The position numbers and the translations under genes are program-made. The notes under the pieces are model-generated. The model was not told where the DNA came from and did not search any database. It was given only the letters and a program-made list of their open reading frames with translations. This document shows, in pieces, positions 55,882 through 64,000 of a stretch of DNA of 64,000 bases. The stretch covers positions 1 to 64,000 of IMG/VR virus record IMGVR_UViG_3300021142_000014. One strand, given 5' to 3'. How positions within the stretch are numbered: the stretch's first letter is position 1; the number at the start of each line of letters is the position of its first letter. Origin of the DNA: a virus.

Positions 55882-56145
55882 TTAAAACCAGTTAATATTA
55901 ACCAATTCTATACCAAGCTCTTCACGCATTGCAACTCGTTCTCTTGGACCTGTTTTAGCCCAATAACCATACTCTTCAAACTTCAAAGCATGGTCTAAAC
56001 AATCTTTAAAAACAGGACAACCATCGCAAATACCAAAAATATATTGTTCATTGGTTCTACCATGTTTTGCATAATAAGCATTGACATCAACACCTTTACA
56101 AGCTGCTGCTAATTGCCAATCGTAATCAATATATTTACGTTCCAT
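55882..56145 (-). CDS. whiB: WhiB-family transcription factor (start moved to MERKY)
   Basis: WQLAAACKG...ICDGCPVFKDCL...GYWA. Confidence 0.85.
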   Translation of the reverse strand: MERKYIDYDWQLAAACKGVDVNAYYAKHGRTNEQYIFGICDGCPVFKDCLDHALKFEEYGYWAKTGPRERVAMREELGIELVNINWF

Positions 56146-56272
56146 AATATTTATGTGGAGTAAATAGCTAAGGGAAGGGCCTCGGGAGGAGTCAAAGTTG
56201 AACACCGACTGCAACTCCCGAGGAAGACCAGGCCCTTCATGAGGAGCGGAACGCCCTCATAAACTAAAGCTA

Positions 56273-56497
56273 TTATTTGCTCTTTTTTACATTATCCTTT
56301 CGGAATTGTTCTGCTTTTTTGAGCAAATTTACAATATATTCTACAAAATCTTCAAGTTCTTTAAGATTTTTGTCAGTCTTACTGCCAACGGCCACAGTCT
56401 TACCAATTAAAGTACTGTGCATTTGACCACTAAGAATCATGTCCATAAGATCTCTATGGATTTGATCATAATCGTTTTTCTTGTTCTTGCCTGTCAT
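56273..56497 (-). CDS. Hypothetical protein
   Basis: SD AAAGGA before MTGK. Confidence 0.6.
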   Translation of the reverse strand: MTGKNKKNDYDQIHRDLMDMILSGQMHSTLIGKTVAVGSKTDKNLKELEDFVEYIVNLLKKAEQFRKDNVKKSK

Positions 56498-56505
56498 TTT
56501 TTCCT

Positions 56506-56910
56506 TTACCATCCTTGTCCGCAACCATTTTGATCGGGGACATAACTACTGCCTTCGATCGTTCGAGCAATTGTCACCTGCTCCTCTGGTGTTGCTAATC
56601 CTGCATTCTTGGCAAATTTTAATCCACCAAACTTAATCCAGTTGATATTGGTTATGCCTAAACCACCACTATAGTAGGGGCCTATGTAATTCCAATTACC
56701 ACCCATTTCACAAATGTTAACTTTTTCCCAAACCAACATAATTGGTCTAGAAAATAATATTACTGGATGTACTACTTTTTTAATTTTTTGAACCACTCGG
56801 GGTGTTTCTTTGCTCGTTGTTACTTTTAGAACTGGGGCATGGTGTCCAAAGATTGTCATGGCTCCCAGGATTGAAATCGTAATTAAACGTCTCAAGATTT
56901 CTCCTAACAC
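56506..56910 (-). CDS. Resuscitation-promoting-factor (Rpf)-like transglycosylase
   Basis: Signal peptide; WEKVNICEMGGNW...YSGGLG...W...GG...ATPEEQV.IA. Confidence 0.88.
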   Translation of the reverse strand: MLGEILRRLITISILGAMTIFGHHAPVLKVTTSKETPRVVQKIKKVVHPVILFSRPIMLVWEKVNICEMGGNWNYIGPYYSGGLGITNINWIKFGGLKFAKNAGLATPEEQVTIARTIEGSSYVPDQNGCGQGW

Positions 56911-56963
56911 TATATGGATAAGTACATTAATTTTTTATAGAGCCTCCTTGTGTAAGTAAATAA

Positions 56964-56992
56964 ACCTTAATATATCTATTAAAAAAAGTCAA
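56964..56992 (-). promoter_or_regulatory. SigA-type promoter TTGACT-N17-TAAGGT
   Basis: Upstream of the Rpf-like gene. Confidence 0.5.
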
Positions 56993-56993
56993 A

Positions 56994-58856
56994 TCAAAAC
57001 AAAAAACCATATGGGGTCAAATCAATTGTATCTTCCATGTCGGCATTTTCATCAACCACTCCACGGATTGCTTCTGCCTCTGCACGTCGTCTTAATACTT
57101 TAGCATCAACTCGTTCTTCAATGGTGTTTACTGCAACTGGACGATATACCCATGTTTTGTCAACACCTTTTGATTTTGAATCAGCTCTATTAATACGATC
57201 TTTGCGTTGTTTATAATCAGCGTATGTGCGAGGCACTTCAATGTTCCAAAGATATGGAGCATAAAGATTCAACCCTTCTTGGCCAACATCACTAGTTATA
57301 AGAATAGCAGGGCCTTTTACAGAGTTAAACGTAGCGATGTTTTTTGCAACTGTGTCTGTATCCATACCAACACCCCAAATTGGTAACACCGGAATATCTG
57401 GAAACTTTTTTCTTAATGCTTCTAAGTATGGAAATAATGTTCCATTGGTCCAGAACGTAAACAGAACTGATTTTTCATTGTTCTCAACATATGATTCCAC
57501 GTTGTCTTCAATAAGCTGATACTTAGCACTATTGAGAATGTTTATACTGTCACCAAATTGTTGTACTATTTCTTTTGCAAACTTGCCTTCACTATTCTTA
57601 AGACCAGCAGTTGTATTACATATCATTCGCAAAACATCAATATAACTCCAGTTAGCTACTGGATTATCCGGGTTGTATCTTTGACGTGCAAGATCTTCCG
57701 CCCAATCATATATTTCACGATCTACATCAGATAGTTCATATACTAATTTTTTAGGCGTACTTTCTGGGAATTGAGCTGCAATGATAGGGTCGCTCTTCAT
57801 TGCAATATGAGTCCAGTTTTCATGTTTTTTACCAAGCAATGGCAGCTTAGTACGATCCCATTCTTTTACGTACATTTCTCGTACATAACCATTAACAAAA
57901 TACCCAAATTCTTTACCGTATAATGTTTTAAATGCATCAGGGTTAATATCGCTAACGCCAGGTATACCAGGGGATACTACAGAAAATATGTTCCTAATAT
58001 TTAATGGACTGGTCGTATATGGGGTAGCCGTTAAAGCCAATGCTTTTGTATTCTCTGTTGCGTTGATTAATGTATGAAATCCTTCACCAAGAAGGCTTGC
58101 ACCGCTATTAATCTTTTGAGCTTCATCAATAATAATAAGAACACGTTGGTCTTTGATCATTTCAAGTATTTGCAAAAGGTCAGTGCGATCATAAGATTTT
58201 ACTTTTTTACGTTGGCCTTTTACTCTAGCCATGTTTCCTTCACGTACTTTTTCGTAGTTAAGAACTAACACTTGGCTATTATTCTTTTCATAAAAGGCGT
58301 GACGTTTAGCTCGAACCATCTTTTCATTAACTCTTTCGACGCTAAGATGTGTCATACGTTTAAACTCTTGTTCCCAGTCAAATTGTTTGATCTTCTTACA
58401 AAAAACCAACACCCTGTCTATCTGACCATGATCAAATAGTTTTTGGCTAGTTAAACAGCTGAGCAGCGTTTTACCTGCGCCAGTATCCCATTGAACTAAT
58501 ACTTTTGGATTCTCTGAATGCATCTGTTTCCAAACGTAATTGAGACCAACATGTTGAAAAGGAAATAAACTGTGTTCTTCCAAGAACGGGCTATTTACTT
58601 CATATTTCTCAGTACTGCATAATTGTAAATCTGTATAAAGATCTTCAGCTTCATCATCTTCAAATACCAAAGAATAATTGTTATTCTTGATCATTTCAGC
58701 GAATTCATCTATCCTGTCACGGTTTTTTAGAGTACCGTAAGAATCTAACATCAAAAGTTTTTTCTTGACTTCTGTGTCCAAGGAGCTGTATCTTAGTACT
58801 CCATTGAGTAATTCACTTTTTTGTACATATATTGTCTTCTCCGAAGCCATAAACAA
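56994..58856 (-). CDS. SNF2-like superfamily 2 helicase
   Basis: DTGAGKT, IDEAQ, TATP, EGLNL, QR.DRI.R. Confidence 0.9.
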   Translation of the reverse strand: MFMASEKTIYVQKSELLNGVLRYSSLDTEVKKKLLMLDSYGTLKNRDRIDEFAEMIKNNNYSLVFEDDEAEDLYTDLQLCSTEKYEVNSPFLEEHSLFPFQHVGLNYVWKQMHSENPKVLVQWDTGAGKTLLSCLTSQKLFDHGQIDRVLVFCKKIKQFDWEQEFKRMTHLSVERVNEKMVRAKRHAFYEKNNSQVLVLNYEKVREGNMARVKGQRKKVKSYDRTDLLQILEMIKDQRVLIIIDEAQKINSGASLLGEGFHTLINATENTKALALTATPYTTSPLNIRNIFSVVSPGIPGVSDINPDAFKTLYGKEFGYFVNGYVREMYVKEWDRTKLPLLGKKHENWTHIAMKSDPIIAAQFPESTPKKLVYELSDVDREIYDWAEDLARQRYNPDNPVANWSYIDVLRMICNTTAGLKNSEGKFAKEIVQQFGDSINILNSAKYQLIEDNVESYVENNEKSVLFTFWTNGTLFPYLEALRKKFPDIPVLPIWGVGMDTDTVAKNIATFNSVKGPAILITSDVGQEGLNLYAPYLWNIEVPRTYADYKQRKDRINRADSKSKGVDKTWVYRPVAVNTIEERVDAKVLRRRAEAEAIRGVVDENADMEDTIDLTPYGFLF

Positions 58857-58881
58857 ATACTACTATATTTTATAAAAAATA

Positions 58882-61800
58882 TCAATTCAGTTCGTATATA
58901 TTTGTTATGTTTGATATTCTGTTGATACTAAAAGCAGAAGGATAAAGATTTTGATTTAATTGGAAATATGGTTTACTACTAATATCTCTTCTGGAACTGA
59001 CCTCATTGGTTTTACTACTACCAACATAGTCAATATTAAGATTAGCATAATAAGCATTCTGGTCATATTGTGGTATGATACTCACCCCAGATATAAATAC
59101 ATTAGGATCGAGTGCAGTCATACGCACTTGAATACCACTAGCTGGTATACCAGATGCAACACTTATAAAATATTCTGGATTATTAATACCTGTAGTAATT
59201 GGATACCATGTTTGGTTTGTTTGGGTATTAGCAAACTCATAACGAACTGGGTGATAAAACGGTGCTAGCATACTTACATAGAATGGTTCGTTGTATGCAG
59301 GGTTTATTTGTTGAAGCTGCATACTAAAAGAAACATAGTTTGTAGCTGTATAGCCTTGTAACTGTATGTCAAACCAGGTATTTAGTGGTAATGTTAATGA
59401 ATTATATACTTTATACACCAATTCAGTTGTATTACCTAGAATGTCAGTAGCAAACAAACTTGCTCTATATGTTCCAAGGTTTGTTCTTGGCAAGAGTGCA
59501 CGTATAACACCACTAATTCTCATATTGCTGTGGTCTGATGGTCCAATCCAAGTTGTTGCTGGTGAACTAAAAGCACCCAATTGGTATAGAGAATAAGGAA
59601 CTGCTGCACTACCACTTATTACAAGTTGAATAATGTTGCTTGGAATGTTTTTGTTATAATTAGTTCCAGTAACTGTTGCTATGTTAATGCCAGAAGTAAC
59701 CGCAAGACTGCTTCCGCTTACAGTTGTACCTGATATTACAGCATTGGTAGAAGGATTTATAAATTGTGTTTTTAGATTGATGGTTGTAGAACCAGATGCT
59801 TGTACATTGCTAAGGAAATAATAATTAAGTCCACTTGCAGGAGAATAACTACCATAACCAACAACACCAAAAGTAGGTGCACCAAATTGCACTTGCCACG
59901 TATTAATACCGCTTGCATTAACATTAGGAATGGTAAAGTTAAATGTTGCAGTGTATGCACCACCGCTAACGCTCAATCCACTAGCTGTGCCACTAAGACC
60001 CGTTGTTGGATTGTAATAATTAACAGAGGTACCAGTAATAGTTGTTCCGCTAACACCTGACCAATTAAGAATAGATCCTGAATATGGCAAGAAGTTAGCA
60101 TTGTAGTAGTTGAGAAGGTTTGTACCACTAGCGTACGGCATTGATTTAATACCGTAAACAGATCCTGGAGTTCCTGATACGGAATAAATAGTACTTGTTC
60201 CCAATGTTCCATTTTTAATCAAAGTAGAGTTAATGCTCATATTTGCTAAGTTTGTAGAAGTAAGATTATTCATCAAAGTTGGGTCTGAACTAATTGTGTT
60301 CCCTTGAGTAAGAAAACTTTGCCAGTCCGTAGTAAGCCCACCAATATTAAAACTTTTAAACGAATCAATTGTTGAAAACCATGGGGTTGTTGCTGTTTGA
60401 TCTACTTGAAGCATTACATAGTTTGTATCTTGTTGTACAAAACCAGTATTAGTTCCATTGCTTGCAAGTAGATTAGATGGAAGACCTCTAAGATCATCAT
60501 ATACTTGCTCGTAGAATGCAGTTAAGTAACGAATTCCAGTAAAATATGCTTGGTGCCAATTTTGTTGAATGTTAATTTGATTATAATTGTGTATTCTATT
60601 ATCTGGAAATCTTCTTTGAAGAAATTCAGTGTATGATTGGTAATTGTAATTACCATTAACATCAATAATTTTGTAACTAATACTTGGATCAATAATAAAT
60701 GAGCTTGTAGTTGGTCCTTGCGTTGTTGTACTATTCAATTGAGAGTTGTTCAAAGATGCAAGACTTGGCCAATTATTATCATTAGCAATTGTATTAGTAG
60801 AAACACCGAGAATTGTTGTTGAGCTTAATTGATTAGAATTCTGTGTTCGTGTTGTTAGATTGGCTCCACTATCATAAGAATATTTTACTGCGTTACCATT
60901 GATAATATTTTGTTCAATATTTGAATAAAATTGTTCTACATCATATGGGAAAACATTAATAGTTCTGTTAACTGAATCCAATGGAAGGTCATATGCTTCT
61001 GCAATTAATTTTACAAATTCAAATTTTAAGTATGTGCAACTAGTAGTTGGTATTTCATAGATACCTTTACGCAATGTAAAATCACGTTGTATTGGAGTCC
61101 AATAAAAACTGCTTGGGTCTACGGTACCGCTGTTTGTAGAATTAATTGTGTAGTATACATTAAATTTACAATTACTATAAATAGGATCTATATATAAACG
61201 GTTAATTGTTGATGGCGATGGATCACTTATTTTTATGTAAAAATAAACAATAGAATCTTTAACTGGTTGTGGAGCACACTTCCAATATGTTGAATCATTT
61301 ACAAACATATTTGTTATATTGTTTGATGAATAAGTATAATTTTCTACAAAACCAAAACGGTTTTGAGTTATTATCGCGTTAGTACCACTGATTACGCTAC
61401 TAGGTACGTCTGCTGTTGATTCAATAATAAGTTTAATACTAAAGTTTTGTAATCCTACTGAGTAAGCGACATCGGTCAACAAATTACCTGGACTGGCTGT
61501 TTGTATTTGTTTTTGGCGTGTAATGCGTATTGAAATACTTTGTGAACCAGTTAAAGGGTATGTAAAAGAACCTGTATTGGTAGATGGAGCATTATATTCA
61601 ATCCTTAACCAATTTGTAGTAGTGTAAATGTCTCCACCACCAGCTATAACAAAAGTAGAAGCACCTGGTAAATTGTTACCATTTTGGTCTAATAATTCTA
61701 CGTAGCAAGGTACATTGAGAATATCAAAACTTATATTGTTATAATACGTTGTATTGACTAAGTTATATTGCAAAACAACTGGTTTGCTATCTGATCCACC

Positions 61801-62046
61801 AAAATCTGTACTGGAGATCCAGTTAGTTTGTGCTGCTGGATTAAAAGTAATTACATTATTTGAATTATTAGAAATTTGTAGATTAGGATCGCTATAACCA
61901 GTGTTTTGAACATTGGATAGAGTGTCTACTACACCTGTTTGTGCATATATTTTATTATAAACAATTCCATCAACAGTAAGTGGTGGTATTACTTGTTGAT
62001 CTACATAATCTTTTGATGGGTCTGTATTCTTTGGTAAAATAGCCAT
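58882..62046 (-). CDS. Large tail/baseplate structural protein (start MAILP)
   Basis: ~1050 aa, N/S/T/G-rich; follows baseplate-like genes. Confidence 0.7.
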   Translation of the reverse strand: MAILPKNTDPSKDYVDQQVIPPLTVDGIVYNKIYAQTGVVDTLSNVQNTGYSDPNLQISNNSNNVITFNPAAQTNWISSTDFGGSDSKPVVLQYNLVNTTYYNNISFDILNVPCYVELLDQNGNNLPGASTFVIAGGGDIYTTTNWLRIEYNAPSTNTGSFTYPLTGSQSISIRITRQKQIQTASPGNLLTDVAYSVGLQNFSIKLIIESTADVPSSVISGTNAIITQNRFGFVENYTYSSNNITNMFVNDSTYWKCAPQPVKDSIVYFYIKISDPSPSTINRLYIDPIYSNCKFNVYYTINSTNSGTVDPSSFYWTPIQRDFTLRKGIYEIPTTSCTYLKFEFVKLIAEAYDLPLDSVNRTINVFPYDVEQFYSNIEQNIINGNAVKYSYDSGANLTTRTQNSNQLSSTTILGVSTNTIANDNNWPSLASLNNSQLNSTTTQGPTTSSFIIDPSISYKIIDVNGNYNYQSYTEFLQRRFPDNRIHNYNQINIQQNWHQAYFTGIRYLTAFYEQVYDDLRGLPSNLLASNGTNTGFVQQDTNYVMLQVDQTATTPWFSTIDSFKSFNIGGLTTDWQSFLTQGNTISSDPTLMNNLTSTNLANMSINSTLIKNGTLGTSTIYSVSGTPGSVYGIKSMPYASGTNLLNYYNANFLPYSGSILNWSGVSGTTITGTSVNYYNPTTGLSGTASGLSVSGGAYTATFNFTIPNVNASGINTWQVQFGAPTFGVVGYGSYSPASGLNYYFLSNVQASGSTTINLKTQFINPSTNAVISGTTVSGSSLAVTSGINIATVTGTNYNKNIPSNIIQLVISGSAAVPYSLYQLGAFSSPATTWIGPSDHSNMRISGVIRALLPRTNLGTYRASLFATDILGNTTELVYKVYNSLTLPLNTWFDIQLQGYTATNYVSFSMQLQQINPAYNEPFYVSMLAPFYHPVRYEFANTQTNQTWYPITTGINNPEYFISVASGIPASGIQVRMTALDPNVFISGVSIIPQYDQNAYYANLNIDYVGSSKTNEVSSRRDISSKPYFQLNQNLYPSAFSINRISNITNIYELN

Positions 62047-62047
62047 A

Positions 62048-63010
62048 TTACTGTGCACCGTATAATGTAGATGTAACTTGTAATGAAGGAGAAGCAACAC
62101 TGTTCGCTGGGAATCCAACAGTATCAGTACTGCTTACGTAATTGATATTTCCAGTTAGGTCAATTATGATTTCTTGTGTTTGCAAGTGAGCAAAGTGAGG
62201 AGCAACATTGTTTGTTCCATTTTTTACCCAGTATCGTGTATTAGCACCTGGGTTAATAACACCAGGAGTATCTAGATTATTTGCTGTTACAGTAGTTTGA
62301 AGATTAAAATACTGCGAATATCCACCGCTAGCAGCAGTATAAGATAAAGGTACTTGTGTAAAAGTTTGTATAGGGGCACCGAAACTAATTACAAAATTAG
62401 AAAAGATTAACCTGTTGATTACATTAAGAATAATGTTTTTTGTGCCTTGGTTAAAATTAAAGAAACCAGTATTGTTTGTAGAATCCATCAATGGAATTAA
62501 TACTATTTCTTGAGCTTCATTAATACCAGAAGATCCTCTTCCATACCCTGGGGTTCTCCAACTTTCTACTGCATAAAATTTTATTTGTGTTAATGCTTCG
62601 CAAAGAGTTAACAAACCCCAAAGACTTGCTCCAATTTGAAATGCTTCAGCTGCACCAAGTAATCTTTCACGATATGCAGCATCTTTGCGTATAATTTCTT
62701 GCCATTGGCTATCGGTCAATTGATCAATAAAAGGGTTGGTTGCAAAACTATATATTTCAGAAGATGCTCTTTTAACATTGAGGATAAGACCCATTATTGT
62801 GTCAAGATTGCTAAACTCTATAGTGCTTTGGCCTAACCTTGCTACAAGTTGTAGGTTGTTAAGTTGGCCTGTACCACTGTTACCTAACAATATTTTCATT
62901 AATGTAGTAAGATTGTCACCTTCATTAAAGTTATAAATATCGTCAGGGAAGTTTTTTACTTTCTGTGGGAAAGTAGAGTGTAACTGCTGAGAAAAAACGT
63001 TACCAGCCAT
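62048..63010 (-). CDS. Putative baseplate wedge/tail protein
   Basis: Directly after the baseplate J-like gene; LD...G...R...D..YR.RL pattern. Confidence 0.6.
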   Translation of the reverse strand: MAGNVFSQQLHSTFPQKVKNFPDDIYNFNEGDNLTTLMKILLGNSGTGQLNNLQLVARLGQSTIEFSNLDTIMGLILNVKRASSEIYSFATNPFIDQLTDSQWQEIIRKDAAYRERLLGAAEAFQIGASLWGLLTLCEALTQIKFYAVESWRTPGYGRGSSGINEAQEIVLIPLMDSTNNTGFFNFNQGTKNIILNVINRLIFSNFVISFGAPIQTFTQVPLSYTAASGGYSQYFNLQTTVTANNLDTPGVINPGANTRYWVKNGTNNVAPHFAHLQTQEIIIDLTGNINYVSSTDTVGFPANSVASPSLQVTSTLYGAQ

Positions 63011-64000
63011 TAAAAGTTACTACTTCCCGTAATTGTGTAATTAATACCTGATAGAGAAGGTAATTGGTTGCTTGCAAGTAAGAAATCGCTTGTGTATGTA
63101 CCTGTAGTAGTACCATCAATAGCTACAGTATTAATACTTGTTATTCTTACATTTACCACACCTGCAACAGAAAGAATTTGTGAAGCTACATTTGCAAATG
63201 AAATAGTACCAAGATAACCAAAATTATTAAAATATTGAGCAAGTTGGTTATAAATACTTGTTTGTACAGTTGTTTGACTATAACTTGATGAATATACTAT
63301 GCGAATGTTTATTACTAATTTTACATAAGTAGCTTGGTGTACTAGAGTGTTAGTACCAAATGGTCTGCTTTGTTGTGTTAACGATTCAACAGTTACAACA
63401 TCATTATTGTATCCATGTGTGTAAGTTGCCCATGATATAAGAGTAGGTAATGCGCTTGGCCATCCAGATGGTGGTGTGGTAGTATCGAAGGCAAGACCGG
63501 TTGTTTGCAATACACTATTCTTATTATCAGTTGTATCATAAATTGGGTAAACCAATGCTTTACCACTTATTGTTGTGGTAGTAGCACCAGTACCGCTAGC
63601 AAGAGATACATTTTGGTTCATGTAGATACCACTATTAGTTACTTGTGTAATATAAAATTGTGTACCTGAAGTCATTGCACTGGTGGCTAAAGCCATACCT
63701 GGATAAAGATTTGCTAGACCATTATTAGTGGTTACACTTATAAAGTTTGTACCTGAATTAGTAGCTCCAGATGCAACTGTTCCAGTGAATGTAGTCCATG
63801 GATATTTATTCAAAGCAATTGGATAAGCAACTCCGCTGCTTGTATTGACATTGTATAAATAAATAGTATCTGCAATGCCACTAGTTGCTGTACTTAATTG
63901 TGATGGAAAGTTAATTGCTGGTTGTTGGTTTAATGGAACGTATATATCACCAGATATTGTTGCATTAGTATTTGCAACAGATCCACTAGCTAAAGTATAG
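63010..64000 (-). CDS. Baseplate J-like protein, C-terminal part (5' end outside the window)
   Basis: Frame appears open upstream of 63813; C-terminal QYFNNFGYLGTISF...ILSVAGVVNVRI resembles J-like proteins. Confidence 0.65.
   Translation of the reverse strand, partial: YTLASGSVANTNATISGDIYVPLNQQPAINFPSQLSTATSGIADTIYLYNVNTSSGVAYPIALNKYPWTTFTGTVASGATNSGTNFISVTTNNGLANLYPGMALATSAMTSGTQFYITQVTNSGIYMNQNVSLASGTGATTTTISGKALVYPIYDTTDNKNSVLQTTGLAFDTTTPPSGWPSALPTLISWATYTHGYNNDVVTVESLTQQSRPFGTNTLVHQATYVKLVINIRIVYSSSYSQTTVQTSIYNQLAQYFNNFGYLGTISFANVASQILSVAGVVNVRITSINTVAIDGTTTGTYTSDFLLASNQLPSLSGINYTITGSSNF

Overview
A 64-kb segment of a large, AT-rich tailed dsDNA phage, probably myovirus-like, with an actinobacterial host. 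Host evidence: three WhiB proteins, two Rpf/lysozyme-fold transglycosylases, an MSMEG_6728-like protein, and AGAAAGGA-type SD sites matching the actinobacterial 16S 3' end. There are three blocks. (i) 1-3375 (-): a 2OG-Fe(II) oxygenase and a tandem run of small proteins that all start with an MNWNx(R/K)YA peptide. (ii) ~3675-18879 (+): a putative early region of small genes, including a MoxR-type AAA/vWA pair, whose spacers are full of structured RNA. These include four pseudoknotted type II hammerhead ribozymes, five tRNA-like elements (acceptor stem plus T-arm), repeated H-type pseudoknots, GNRA leader hairpins, an ~820-nt candidate large ncRNA, and a ~570-nt structured spacer holding a perfect parS-type palindrome. 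(iii) 18881-64000 (-): terminase, candidate head proteins with more W/F-x-x-(R/K)YA and K/R-x-A-S motifs, nucleases, RecA, DnaE, GroES, SSB, primase, DnaB, a DnaC-like loader, a LuxC-like reductase, a 5'-3' exonuclease, an HslV-like protease, two tRNAs, a glycosyl/methyltransferase cluster, an SNF2 helicase and baseplate/tail genes. The best candidates for undescribed systems are a multi-device RNA 'punctuation' system in the early transcript (with the large ncRNA) and a portable MNWNxRYA tag resembling a capsid-targeting/cleavage signal. All calls come from motif recognition and base-pairing by eye; no searches were run.
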